From: Myxococcota bacterium
Lineage (GTDB): Bacteria > Myxococcota_A > UBA796 > UBA2385
DNA: 64,000 nucleotides
Assembly (NCBI GenBank): GCA_044344255.1
Contig: JBIJDH010000024.1
Span: 62,812-126,811, forward strand
Reading direction: 5' to 3'
Below are positions 18,855 through 28,705 of the stretch, piece after piece. A program made the position numbers and the translations under genes. The notes below the pieces were generated by a model, which worked only from the letters and a program-made list of their open reading frames with translations, made no database searches and had not been told where the DNA came from. How positions within the stretch are numbered: the stretch's first letter is position 1; every line of letters begins with the position of its first letter.

Positions 18855-18931
18855 TACTTACCTCCTACCCATCTCGACTTCTAACCCGTCGCAGGTCGCC
18901 TCGCCATGCGAAGACCGAGTCGCCCCCGCGC

Positions 18932-20077
18932 TCAATCGGCGAGGGCGGGGCGCTTCGCGGTGCTCTTCGTCTCGAGGAAGCGCTTCGCCTTCTTCTGGCT
19001 CGGGCCGTAGACGTCGCCGATGTTGTTGTCGGTGACACGGTTGCCGTGGCTGTCCGCTTCGCCGGCCGTCGGGTTCCAGAACTCGGAGACCAGCGTGCGC
19101 AGCCCCGCGTTCCGCGACCGATTGTCGGTGATCTGATTGTCATTCGAGGCGTTGGACACGCGCACCGAGTCGCCGGAGATGTCCTTGAAGCGGTTTCCGG
19201 AGACGGTGTTGTTCGAGCTGTGGTCGCGCAGATAGACCCCGTGGATCAGGCGGGGCCCCGTGCTCGTGCCCTTGACGTCTCCGTTCTCGAGCCCGTCGAA
19301 GACGTTGTCGGTGATCTGCGAGCCCTGGAGCCCGCGGGCGAGCACGCCGCCCACGCCGTAGCGCTGCTTGGACCAGTCGGCGGCGCCCGGCTTGGAGTGG
19401 AGGCTCCCGAGGTCTTCGAAGCGGTTGTGGTCAATCACGGCGCCGCTGAGGAAGGCCGACACGCCGCCGTCCCACTTGTGGTCTGAGCCGGACTGCGTCT
19501 GGGGGGAGATCTCGACGCCGCCCGACTCATAGCCGCGCACCGTGACGCCGCTCATCGTGAAATTGGCCGCCGCGGGGGCCGCCTCGGTGGTGCCGGCCCC
19601 GACGTTGGGCCGATAGGACAGGAAGAAGCCGGGCGTGGGCCGGCCACCCTTCAGGCCCGACACGACGGCGCCGTTGCCCTCGATCACGAGGCGCTGATCG
19701 GGGGAGTAGGTGGTCCACAGCGTCTGCTGCCGCTCATGGATGATGGAGTCGGGCGTCAGGCTCACCTTCAAGACCGGCTCGTGGGGCACGGTGCTCGTGG
19801 GGTCCTGCTTCTGGGCCTCCACCCAGTCGTGCACCGCCTGGAGGGTCGCGAAGCGCTGGCCCAGCAGCTCGAAGGAGCCGGCGACGCGCCCCTTGTCGCC
19901 GTCGGCGGCGCGGGTGGAGCGCTCGGAGGCCTGGTCGCTGGCGAGCTGGTCCTGGGCGAGGCTGTTGCTCTGGTCGGCGCTGTCGGCGCCCCCGGCCGAC
20001 CGCGCGCTGCTGGCGGCCGACTTCGCCGATGTGTCCTTCGATACGCTGCGGCTGCTGCGCTGCTGCTGACCAGACAT
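18932..20077 (-). CDS. right-handed parallel beta-helix (pectin-lyase-like) protein with low-complexity N-terminus
   Basis: Repeated IxxNxF units (IDHNRF, ITDNVF, VSGNRF, ITDNRS) and HGVYLRDHSSNNTV. Confidence 0.8.
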   Translation of the reverse strand: MSGQQQRSSRSVSKDTSAKSAASSARSAGGADSADQSNSLAQDQLASDQASERSTRAADGDKGRVAGSFELLGQRFATLQAVHDWVEAQKQDPTSTVPHEPVLKVSLTPDSIIHERQQTLWTTYSPDQRLVIEGNGAVVSGLKGGRPTPGFFLSYRPNVGAGTTEAAPAAANFTMSGVTVRGYESGGVEISPQTQSGSDHKWDGGVSAFLSGAVIDHNRFEDLGSLHSKPGAADWSKQRYGVGGVLARGLQGSQITDNVFDGLENGDVKGTSTGPRLIHGVYLRDHSSNNTVSGNRFKDISGDSVRVSNASNDNQITDNRSRNAGLRTLVSEFWNPTAGEADSHGNRVTDNNIGDVYGPSQKKAKRFLETKSTAKRPALAD

Positions 20078-20100
20078 GCTCACCTCACGGAGGGCCGAGC

Positions 20101-21447
20101 TTACACCAGCTCACCGAGCGCGAGGCTCACCGCGTCTCCCTTACCGCCGAAGTGCTGATCCAGCGCGGCGGAGCGGGCGGCGATGCGGGCGTCGCGCGTG
20201 GCGCCGAGGGCCCGCGCCGCCGCGACGCCGCGCTCGAGCACCGCCCGCACGGCGACCCGGGCGCGGGTGGCGGTGTAGAAGCGCGCGCCGTGGCGGGAGA
20301 GGGCGGCCGGATCGACCTCGGCGCCGAGGCCCGGCGTCTCGGGGAGCACGAGGCTGCCTCGGTCATGCAAGAAGGGGCGCTGCAGCACGCCGTCGCGGCC
20401 CTCGGGCACCCAGCCCGGCGGATCGAGCGGGTACTCGAGCCGCACCCCCTCGCGGAAGGGGCTCGCCGCGAAGAGCTGCGTGTTGAGCGCGAAGCCGAAG
20501 CCGTTGGTCCAGGTGTGGGGGCTGTAGCGCCCGCCGGCCGCGGCCACGGCGCGGATGATCTCCCAGGTGCCGGAGACGCCGCCGTTGAACACGGCGTCGG
20601 GCTGGTAGAGGTCAAGGCAGCCCTTGTCGAGCATCAAGCGAAACTCCGCTACCGTCTGGTTGTTGAGCTCGCCGCCGGCGACCGAGACCGCCGCGCCGGC
20701 CTCCCGCAGGCGCCGACGGAGCTCGACCTGGGCCTCGTAGGCGTCAAAGGGCAGCGGCTCCTCCACCCAGTCGAAGCCGAGGCGGGCGGCCTCGACGCAG
20801 AAGGCGGTTGCCCGATCGAGGTCCCAGCGGGGGGCGTCCGCCACCACCGCGACGCGCCAGCCCTGGTTGGCGTCGACCATCAGGCGCACGCCGTCCCCCA
20901 CGCGGGCGCGGACCGCCTGCAGCACGGCGACGTCTTCGGCGAGGGTGGGGGCGTGCACGCGCAGCTTCACGGCGCCGAAGCCCTCGGAGACCCGCGCCGC
21001 CGCCATCTCTGCGGCCTCCGCAGGCGGGCGGCAGACCCCCGAGCTCGCGTAGAGCTGGAGCCGCGGCGCCGGGCCGGACTCACCGGAGAGCAGCCGCCAG
21101 ACGGGCTTACCGGCCGCCTTGCCGAGGATGTCCCAGAGCGCGGCCTCCATCCAGGAGCAGCGCCAGCCGAGGTAGCTCATCTCGCGGATGCGCTGGCGGA
21201 TCGAGGGCACGTCGTCGGCCCGCTCGCCGAGCACGTAGCTGCCGAGCAGGGCGCCCATCCCCGAGCGCTCGTGGCCCATCGCCGGCGCCGCCGCCCAGCC
21301 CTCGAGCCCCCCCGCCGTGGTCAGGCGGAGGAGGTCAAAGTGGTTGTCCGCCATCGCCATCCCGGGGATCCAGGAGGGGCAGAAGGGGGCGGGGAGGGGC
21401 ACCGAGACGTGCCAGAGGTCGATCCGATCGATCTTCATGTCGCTCAC
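20101..21447 (-). CDS. mandelate racemase/muconate lactonizing enzyme family protein
   Basis: EAALWDILGK, AVKLR, LMVDANQGW, WVEEP, GGE and QPD motifs. Confidence 0.92.
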   Translation of the reverse strand: MSDMKIDRIDLWHVSVPLPAPFCPSWIPGMAMADNHFDLLRLTTAGGLEGWAAAPAMGHERSGMGALLGSYVLGERADDVPSIRQRIREMSYLGWRCSWMEAALWDILGKAAGKPVWRLLSGESGPAPRLQLYASSGVCRPPAEAAEMAAARVSEGFGAVKLRVHAPTLAEDVAVLQAVRARVGDGVRLMVDANQGWRVAVVADAPRWDLDRATAFCVEAARLGFDWVEEPLPFDAYEAQVELRRRLREAGAAVSVAGGELNNQTVAEFRLMLDKGCLDLYQPDAVFNGGVSGTWEIIRAVAAAGGRYSPHTWTNGFGFALNTQLFAASPFREGVRLEYPLDPPGWVPEGRDGVLQRPFLHDRGSLVLPETPGLGAEVDPAALSRHGARFYTATRARVAVRAVLERGVAAARALGATRDARIAARSAALDQHFGGKGDAVSLALGELV

Positions 21448-21532
21448 GGCACACCCTTCCTGCTGCTCAATTTCATCCTGTCGCACGGTCGATCCCGCGC
21501 GGCCGAGGCCCGATTAACCCGCGACGCCGCGC

Positions 21533-23842
21533 TCAGTCGGCGCCGTAGACCCCGATGAGCCCCCGCAGCAGCGCCTCGGCGTGGCGTCGCCGCGCCCGCC
21601 GGCCCTCCGCGGCCCCGGCGGCGTGGAGCGGCTTGGCGGCCCGGAGGCTGCGGACGAGCGCCTCCACGCCCACCTCGGCCTCCCCGCGCCCGAGCACCGC
21701 CTCCCCCTCGCGGAGCACGAGGCGGACCTGCCGCAGGTCGCGGCGGGCGTCGGCCCCGGGCCCGTCTTCGAGGCGGCGGGTGGCCACGAGCAGGAGGCGA
21801 CGGCCATCGGGGGCGGTGAGCGGCAGGCGGTAGCGGACGAGGCGCGCGGCGGGCTCATCGGGGTCGCGCCCGAGCAGGGTGAAGCGGCCCCCGTTGACCA
21901 GCAGCGGGGTGGGCGAGAGGGCGGGCAGCGACACCGTGCCCACCACCCGCCCGGCCGTCTCGGGCGCGCGCAGCGTGGCCTCGAGGTCAGCGTGGGTGGA
22001 GCAGAGGTCGAGCACCACCGGCGCGCCGCGGCCGCCGAGCTGGAGCGCGCCCTCGAAACGCTCGGAGAAGCGCAGGCCGAGCTTGGAGGCCGGTCGCGGG
22101 CGCGGCGGCCGCGAGGTGGAGCCGACCGTGAGGGGCGAGGCCCAGCCCCGCGCCTGGAGGGCCAGCGCGAGGCAGCGCTCGGCGAGGGCGGTGATGGTGA
22201 GCGAGGGGTTGACCCCGAGGCCGGTGGGCATCACGGCGCCGTCACAGACGAAGAGGCCCTCGTGCACCGCCACCCCGCTCGAGCCGGCGTAGACGCGGCC
22301 CTGATCGTCCACCACCCCGCGCGCGGCGTCGTCGCCCATCCCGCAGCCCCCGAGCGGGTGAACGGTGATCAGGTTGTGGTCAGTCCAGCGGTTCCACACC
22401 GGGCTCGGGATGTGCGCGCCGGACAGCGTGTCGGCGAGGGTGTGGGCCCGCCGGTCCTGAGCCTTGTAGACCGCCTGATCGCCCACGCCGGGCCAGCGGA
22501 TGTGGAGCTGGTCGGCGACGAGCCGGAGCTCGCCCTTGGCGTCGTCGTGGCCCATCAGCAGCCAGACCACCGAGCGCTGCATCACGCCCCCCCGCGGGCT
22601 GAGCAGCGAGGCCGCCGCGCGGAAGGCCCGGGCGAGGGCCGGCTCGGGCCCCGAGCCCTTGGAGAGCAGGGCCGCCGAGGCGGCGAGGCCGGCCGGCAAC
22701 AGCGGCACGAGGGGCCCCGGGAACACCCCGTCCTGGATGACAAAGCCCTCGGAGAGGGGCCGCTTGGGGTCGCGCCCGTCGAGCAGGCCGGCGATGGTCG
22801 GCCCCACCGGCGGCAAGGTCCCCGTCGGGGCCTCCCCCCAGCCGAGCGCCCCCTGCTCGGCCGCCGCCCCGTAGGTGATGCCGAGGAAGTCACCGTTCCC
22901 GCTGAAGGCCCGGCCGAGGCGCGGTGAGAGGGGCAGGCCCCGGTCGCGGGAGCGCAGCAGGATCTGGGTCGAGCCGAGCGCGCCGGCGCCGAGGAAGACG
23001 AGGTCAGCCTGGACCCGGTCGGGCGCGCCCAGCACCGCGTGGCCCGCCTCGTCGAGCACCTCGATGTGGACGATCCAAAAGCCCAGGCCCCGCTCGAGGT
23101 GACGCACCGAGACGCAGGTGAAGAGCTGCGCGCCGTGGTTCACGGCGTCGGGCAGGTAGTTCATCAGGGTCGTGTTCTTGGCGCGGTGGTTGCAGCCCGT
23201 CACGCAGTCCCCGCAGCCGACGCAGGGCTCCTGGTGCACGCCGACGTGGTTCGGCCCCGCGGCGCCGAAGTGGACATACTGTCCAGGGCGGCTGAACGGC
23301 GCCTGGAGGGGGGCCGCGCCCTGGGCCATGGTGGCGAGGCGAGGCAGGGCCGGCGCGCTCACGGGGTAGGCCGCCGGCTTCAGCATCTCGACGGCGCGCG
23401 CGAAGTAGGGCGCCAGCGCCCCCTCGGAGTGGAGGGCCGCCGGCCAGGACGGCTGTTGGAAGACGCGCGGATCGGGCGTGAGGGCGACGTTGGCGTTGAT
23501 GAGCGAGGTGCCGCCGAGCCCGCAGCCGACCAGCACGTCGATGTCGCCGTTGACGTGGAGGTCGAGCAGGGCCGTCCGCGCCCCCATGCGCCGCGCCTTG
23601 CCCCCGAGGTTGAGCTCCACCTGCACCTCTCCGGCCGACTCGAGGGCGGTGTCGGGGTACTCCCCGGGGCGGATCTCCCGCCCCCGCTCGAGCAGGCAGA
23701 CCCTCCGCCCGGCCCGGGCGAGGCGCGCCGCGGCCACCCCGCCGCCGTAGCCGGAGCCCACCACCACGGCGTCATAGCGGCCGGAGGGGGCAGAGTGTGG
23801 GTGGCGGTTCAGGGCGGAGAGGTCTTCGGAGAGTCGGGACAC
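21533..23842 (-). CDS. GMC oxidoreductase (cholesterol-oxidase-like)
   Basis: VVVGSGYGG, GLGGTSLINANV, CVGCGDCVTGC..AKNT, TVHPLGGC and VNPSLTITALAER motifs. Confidence 0.92.
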   Translation of the reverse strand: MSRLSEDLSALNRHPHSAPSGRYDAVVVGSGYGGGVAAARLARAGRRVCLLERGREIRPGEYPDTALESAGEVQVELNLGGKARRMGARTALLDLHVNGDIDVLVGCGLGGTSLINANVALTPDPRVFQQPSWPAALHSEGALAPYFARAVEMLKPAAYPVSAPALPRLATMAQGAAPLQAPFSRPGQYVHFGAAGPNHVGVHQEPCVGCGDCVTGCNHRAKNTTLMNYLPDAVNHGAQLFTCVSVRHLERGLGFWIVHIEVLDEAGHAVLGAPDRVQADLVFLGAGALGSTQILLRSRDRGLPLSPRLGRAFSGNGDFLGITYGAAAEQGALGWGEAPTGTLPPVGPTIAGLLDGRDPKRPLSEGFVIQDGVFPGPLVPLLPAGLAASAALLSKGSGPEPALARAFRAAASLLSPRGGVMQRSVVWLLMGHDDAKGELRLVADQLHIRWPGVGDQAVYKAQDRRAHTLADTLSGAHIPSPVWNRWTDHNLITVHPLGGCGMGDDAARGVVDDQGRVYAGSSGVAVHEGLFVCDGAVMPTGLGVNPSLTITALAERCLALALQARGWASPLTVGSTSRPPRPRPASKLGLRFSERFEGALQLGGRGAPVVLDLCSTHADLEATLRAPETAGRVVGTVSLPALSPTPLLVNGGRFTLLGRDPDEPAARLVRYRLPLTAPDGRRLLLVATRRLEDGPGADARRDLRQVRLVLREGEAVLGRGEAEVGVEALVRSLRAAKPLHAAGAAEGRRARRRHAEALLRGLIGVYGAD

Positions 23843-23937
23843 GGGCGCTCCCAAGCGGTCTCCCCCCCTATCGCCGCGCTCCAGGCCGGGGCCGCGGCCC
23901 CTGGACAGGCTCCCGGGCGCTCTGGCAGCATGCGCCC

Positions 23938-24726
23938 ATGTCCGGCACCCCACCCCGCCCGCTCCACCCCGTCAGCGTCGCCCTCCGTCTGGTGATCGGC
24001 GCCTCCTGGGGCCTCTTCTGCCTGCTGCCCACCCTGGCGATCGCGACCCTGCTGCTGCCCTGGCGCGGCCTGCGGGTGCGCCTCGGCAACCTCTATGCCC
24101 GCGTCGCGGCCCTGCCCTTCGTGCGCATCATGGGCTTTGACTGGCACATTGACCACCCGGAGCGGCTCGGTGGACAGCAGGCGATCTACCTCTGTAACCA
24201 CACCTCGTCGCTCGACCTCTTCCTCGGCTCGGGCCTCTGCCCGATGGGGGGCTGCGGGACCGCGAAGAAGGAGATCATCTACATCCCGGCGATCGGACAG
24301 GCCTTCTGGCTGACCGGCCACCTCCGGCTCGACCGCGGCAACACTGACAAGGCCAAGGCCTCGATGCGGGAGCTGGCGGAGGTCGTGGGCCGGCACGCGC
24401 TTTCGGTGTGGGTCTGGCCGGAGGGCACCCGCGCGAAGGACGGGCGGCTCCAGCCCTTCAAGAAGGGCTTCGTCCACATGGCGGTCGCCACGGGCCTGCC
24501 GATCGTGCCCGTCGTGCTCGTCGGCGCCCACAAACACTGGCCAGCCAAGGGCTTCCGCCTCGTCCCGGGCACCATCGAGGTCAAGGTGCTGCCCGCGATC
24601 TCCACGGTCGGATGGACCGTCGAGGGCGCGGACGCCCACATCGCCGAGCTCCAGGCCGTGTACACTCGGGAGCTCCCCGCCGACCAGCGCCCCCTCCTCG
24701 GGCCGACCGTCCCCTCGCTCGAGTGA
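23938..24726 (+). CDS. plsC: 1-acyl-sn-glycerol-3-phosphate acyltransferase
   Basis: NHTSSLD (HxxxxD), WPEGTR and FKKGF motifs. Confidence 0.85.
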   Translation: MSGTPPRPLHPVSVALRLVIGASWGLFCLLPTLAIATLLLPWRGLRVRLGNLYARVAALPFVRIMGFDWHIDHPERLGGQQAIYLCNHTSSLDLFLGSGLCPMGGCGTAKKEIIYIPAIGQAFWLTGHLRLDRGNTDKAKASMRELAEVVGRHALSVWVWPEGTRAKDGRLQPFKKGFVHMAVATGLPIVPVVLVGAHKHWPAKGFRLVPGTIEVKVLPAISTVGWTVEGADAHIAELQAVYTRELPADQRPLLGPTVPSLE

Positions 24727-24731
24727 CCCCC

Positions 24732-25154
24732 ATGCGATTCCTCCACACGATGATCCGTGTCCTCGATCTGAACGCCACGCTGCGCTTCTTCAGCCTGGTC
24801 GGCCTCCAAGAGCTGCGCCGCCACGACTACCCCTCCGGGCGCTTCACGCTCGTCTTCCTGGGCACCGGCACGCCGGGGGACAGCGCCGAGATCGAGCTCA
24901 CCCACAACTGGGATCAGGCCGAGCCCTACAGCAACGGGCGCGCCTTCGGCCACCTCGCCTTCGCCGTAGATGACATCTATGAGCTCTGCCTGCGCCTGCA
25001 GGCGGCGGAGGTGGTGATCCACCGCCCGCCCCGCGACGGGCGGATGGCCTTCGTGCGCAGCCCGGACGGCGTCTCCGTCGAGCTGCTCCAGGCCGGCAAC
25101 CCCCTCCCCGTCGCCGAGCCCTGGGCCTCGATGCCCAACACCGGCACCTGGTAG
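24732..25154 (+). CDS. gloA: lactoylglutathione lyase (glyoxalase I, VOC family)
   Basis: MRFLHTMIRV, ELTHNWD, FGHLAF and RPPRDGRMAFVRSPDG motifs. Confidence 0.88.
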   Translation: MRFLHTMIRVLDLNATLRFFSLVGLQELRRHDYPSGRFTLVFLGTGTPGDSAEIELTHNWDQAEPYSNGRAFGHLAFAVDDIYELCLRLQAAEVVIHRPPRDGRMAFVRSPDGVSVELLQAGNPLPVAEPWASMPNTGTW

Positions 25155-25179
25155 GGGATGCCCCTCCGCGGCCGGAGGA

Positions 25180-25953
25180 TCAGTGGCCGGAGCCGTGCCC
25201 GCCCTTGCCGCCGCCCTTGCCGGCACGGCGGGTGGTGCGCTTCGCCTCGCGATCGGCGGCCCGCGGCGGGGTGACCCGCGTGGTGGAGGGCGGTAGCCAG
25301 TCCACCATGCCGGTGTCGAGGTCGTAGACCGCGCCCATCACGTTGAGCTGGCCGGCGTGGACCCGCTCCTCGATGATGTGGCTGCCGAGCAGGGCCTCGA
25401 TCTGCTGGTAGACGTTGATCCGCACCGCCCGCGAGAGGTCGGTGGTGCCCTTCAGGGCCGGCCGGATGCGGGAGAGCAGGAATTCGAGGTTGGGGCCGAG
25501 GTCATCGGAGCCGAGCGCCGCCTTGACGGCGCCGCAGCCCTCGTGGCCCATCACCACGATCGTGGGGACGTCGAGGTGCTCCGAGGCGTACTCGACGGAG
25601 CCCGTGGTCGAGGGCTCGGCCACCTCGCCGGCGACCCGCACGGTGAAGAGCTCGCCCACGCCGGTGTCAAAGACGATCTCGGGGGGGACGCGCGAGTCCG
25701 CGCAAGAGAGCACCGTGCACCAGGGGTGCTGGGAGGTCGAGGTGGCCGCGCGGGCCGCCGAGAAGCTGACGTTCTTTCGGACGTCGCCTCGATAGCGCTC
25801 ATTGCCCGCGCGGAGGCGCGCCATGACCTCATCCGACGAGGGCTGCGCCGAGGCGGCGGACTTCGGGTGGGCCGCGGCAGCCTTGGCGGGAGGGGTCTCG
25901 GCCGCGTGGGCGAGGCCCAGGCCGAGGACGATGGCCAGCAGGATGCGATGCAC
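25180..25953 (-). CDS. secreted beta-class carbonic anhydrase
   Basis: Signal peptide; LSCADSRVPPE, VRVAG and MGHEGCGAV motifs. Confidence 0.93.
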   Translation of the reverse strand: MHRILLAIVLGLGLAHAAETPPAKAAAAHPKSAASAQPSSDEVMARLRAGNERYRGDVRKNVSFSAARAATSTSQHPWCTVLSCADSRVPPEIVFDTGVGELFTVRVAGEVAEPSTTGSVEYASEHLDVPTIVVMGHEGCGAVKAALGSDDLGPNLEFLLSRIRPALKGTTDLSRAVRINVYQQIEALLGSHIIEERVHAGQLNVMGAVYDLDTGMVDWLPPSTTRVTPPRAADREAKRTTRRAGKGGGKGGHGSGH

Positions 25954-26045
25954 CGGTGACTCCAAGGAGGGGGGCGTTTTCTACCACAGGTCACCCCCTC
26001 ATCGGCACAAGGGCACAATAGAGGGCCGACGCCACCGGATGACCC

Positions 26046-27326
26046 GTGTCCCCCCTCCGCTCCGCCCTCCCCTCTGCCCTGGCCGCCCTCCGCCGCCCCG
26101 GGCCCCGTCGCCTGCTCATCGCCGTCTTCACCGCGATGTACCTTGTGTTCGGGCTATACCGCTCGGGGGCCACCGTCTTCGCCGGCGGCGGGGGCCGCGA
26201 CTACGCGACCTACCACTACGCCGTCCAGGAGGCCGTCGCCGGGGGCGATCCCTACGACACCGCGGCGCTCGGCCTGCGGAGCGCCGCCGAGGGCACGCGC
26301 AAGTCTGTCCACCCCTTCTTCTACCCGCCCCCCTTCCTCTTCTCGATGCTCTGGGCGGCCCCCCTCTCGCTCATGACGGCCTATCGGGTCTTCTGGGCGG
26401 TCAATCAGCTCCTCCTCGTGGGCACGCTCTTCGCCCTCCGGCGCTGGTTCGGGCCCTCGCTGCTCCTGCTCGCCTTCGTCGCCGCCACCTTCAGCCCGAT
26501 CCCCGACAACGCCAAGATGGGGCAGGCCAACCTGCTCGTGCTGCTGCTCGCGGTGGCCGGGCTCGCGCGCGGCAGCGGCGGCCTCGTGGGGGCGGCGGCG
26601 ATGGCCAAGATGTCGCCGGCCCTCTACCTCGTGGGCTGGCTCTCTCGCCGAGAGTGGCGGCCGGTGCTCACCGCAGGGGTCACGGCGATCGGGCTCTCCC
26701 TCCTCGCCCTGCCGCTCGTGCCGCTCGAGACCCAGCGGATGTTCTACCTCGACATCCTGCCGGGCTTCTCCTCGGGCGACTACCACGGCTTGAAGGTGAA
26801 GATCACCCTGCCCGCCAACCACTCGATCCCCGATCTCTGGAACCAGCTCTGGCCGGGGCCGAGCGGGCACGCCCTCTCCCCCGCCGCCCAGCGCGCCTCC
26901 TCGCTCTCAAGCCTCGGCCTGCTCGGCCTGCTCGGCCTCGTGGGCGCGCGCACCCGCGGGGACGCCGACCCGCTCCGCCTCGCCAACCTGATGGGCGCGC
27001 TCACCGTGCTCATGCTGATCACGCCGGTCTACACCTACGAGCACCACCTCACGCTGCTGATCCTGCCCGTCGTCGCCCTCGGCGCCGCCATCGAGCGGGG
27101 GCGCCTCGGCCGGGGCTGGGTCGTGCTGGTCCTCGTGGCCTACTTCTTCGTCGCCTGGCCCCTCGCTTGGCTCCGCGGCCTCCAAGACCTCGTGCCCCTC
27201 CTCGACTGGCCCCTCCAGGAGAGCAAGTTCCTGGGGGCGCTCCTGCTCGGCCTCGCGAACGCGCGGGTGGCCTGGAGCCCGGCCCCGCCCGCCGCCGCCG
27301 ATCAGCCCGCCCGCGCCGAGAGCTGA
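26046..27326 (+). CDS. GT87 (DUF2029) family membrane glycosyltransferase
   Basis: RDYATYH, PFFYPPPF, GQANL, AKMSP and YEHHL motifs; many TM helices. Confidence 0.85.
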   Translation: MSPLRSALPSALAALRRPGPRRLLIAVFTAMYLVFGLYRSGATVFAGGGGRDYATYHYAVQEAVAGGDPYDTAALGLRSAAEGTRKSVHPFFYPPPFLFSMLWAAPLSLMTAYRVFWAVNQLLLVGTLFALRRWFGPSLLLLAFVAATFSPIPDNAKMGQANLLVLLLAVAGLARGSGGLVGAAAMAKMSPALYLVGWLSRREWRPVLTAGVTAIGLSLLALPLVPLETQRMFYLDILPGFSSGDYHGLKVKITLPANHSIPDLWNQLWPGPSGHALSPAAQRASSLSSLGLLGLLGLVGARTRGDADPLRLANLMGALTVLMLITPVYTYEHHLTLLILPVVALGAAIERGRLGRGWVVLVLVAYFFVAWPLAWLRGLQDLVPLLDWPLQESKFLGALLLGLANARVAWSPAPPAAADQPARAES

Positions 27327-27400
27327 TCGAGCAGGCCGACGAGGATGTGGGCCTGGTACCAGGCGTCGTAGTCGGCGCGGTGCTTCTGACCGAGGTCTTC
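27254..27400 (+). repeat. 147-bp direct repeat, left copy
   Basis: Identical to 32017-32163 except A27319 versus C32082. Confidence 0.97.
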
Positions 27401-27440
27401 AGACGGTCAGCGCCTTACAGGAGGCCCGCTGGGAGAGGCC
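27302..27440 (-). pseudogene. 3' remnant of the DEDDh exonuclease gene with an internal deletion
   Basis: 27302-27400 matches the exonuclease 3' end. 27404-27440 matches 32388-32424 with 3 mismatches. Confidence 0.8.
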
Positions 27441-27768
27441 ATGACCATGAGCACGGGCATCAACACTGGGTCGCCGGATTCCAGCGGGAAGAGGCGTTTC
27501 GGTGGACGTCCGCGGGGGAGGTCGGCAAGACCAGCTCAACCGACGGATGCCTGAGCCTTGACTCCCGACCTCCACCCCGACTGGACATCGCGGGCGGCAT
27601 CACGGTGTCACCGAGAAGAGGTCGAAGAGGTCGATGGTGCCCCAGTCGGAGATGCCGGGCAGAATTGGCATGAGGATTTCGCCGAGGTGGGTGAAGTTGG
27701 TGCCCTGAAGGTCGCTGTTGAAGAAGGCGATCATGGCGGCGTTCTGCCAGGGCGCGAGGCCGGGAGCC

Positions 27769-28260
27769 TCAGCCGCTTGTCGGGTAGTCGCACTCAGCAT
27801 ACGCTCCCGGCTCGGAGCACTCCTCCGGGCTTCGCCTCGTGAGATCGCACCACTCCTCCACGCCCATGTCGCCGCTGAAGACCCTGTCCAGCGCCGTCAG
27901 GTAGCGGCAGTCCCTTTCGCGAGTACACATCGCCACCGCACAGGGGTCATAATCGTCGCACTCGGCAGTAGGATCGGAGCGGATTTCCTCCCAGGCGACA
28001 ATTCCATTCGCCACGCAGGTGTCGTAGTAATCTCTAAATTCCTCGAGAGAATACCCATCGTCACACAGCCGAGAGCTCGCACAGTCCACGGCCGCATCCA
28101 CCTCATCGTACCGATAGATGTCGAAGGTGTCGCACTCATCTTCGCCCGGGTAACCAGCCGCGCAGTCCTCATACGCCTCTTCGGGTCTGTCTCCTTTGTC
28201 CGAGCATGCGCAGAGCAGTAGGATGGCGAGCAACCCCAGGCGCTGGACGACGACCCACAT
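27769..28260 (-). CDS. acidic Cys-rich lipoprotein
   Basis: RLGLLAILLLCA-C lipobox, about 12 Cys in the mature part, lower GC. Confidence 0.7.
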   Translation of the reverse strand: MWVVVQRLGLLAILLLCACSDKGDRPEEAYEDCAAGYPGEDECDTFDIYRYDEVDAAVDCASSRLCDDGYSLEEFRDYYDTCVANGIVAWEEIRSDPTAECDDYDPCAVAMCTRERDCRYLTALDRVFSGDMGVEEWCDLTRRSPEECSEPGAYAECDYPTSG

Positions 28261-28299
28261 GTTACTGCTGAAGGCGAATGCGGTTGTGGTGCTTGGAGG

Positions 28300-28530
28300 G
28301 GCAGCCGACTTCCTCGCGAGGTCTTTCATGGTGCGGTAACCGCTGGTAAGATAGGCGGTTCCGAGCTCCACCTTCACGCCATCGACGATGTGGGGGTCGC
28401 TCTGCCCGCCGACATCGCCGGAGGCCTCGAAGAGATCGACCTTGAGGTGGGAGAGGGGGCGGAGCTGCGCCGCGAGGGAGACACCGGCCGGTCCGGCGCC
28501 GATGATGGCGATGCGGAGGTTCTGGGTCAT
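28300..28530 (-). pseudogene. N-terminal fragment of an FAD-dependent oxidoreductase
   Basis: MTQNLRIAIIGAGPAGVS..LFEASGDVGG..VELGTAY gives only the dinucleotide-binding start; no remainder follows. Confidence 0.75.
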
Positions 28531-28705
28531 GCGGTCGCTTAACCCGGCGCATTCAGATGCACCGATGCGCCTCTCGAGTCTCTTTGACTTTTCGGTCTTC
28601 GGCTCTCCCGCCCAGGCGGGCGTCCTCACGGAGCTCGAAGGGCCGGAGCACAAGGTCGATGAGGGCCAGGTGATCGACGTGGAGGAGCCGCCGCAGCGCT
28701 GAGCC

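Noticed and set aside
27769..28653. A single 294-aa oxidoreductase-lipoprotein fusion
   Set aside because: It has only about 75 aa of the FAD fold and an internal lipoprotein signal, so it is better explained as a gene scrap abutting a separate gene.
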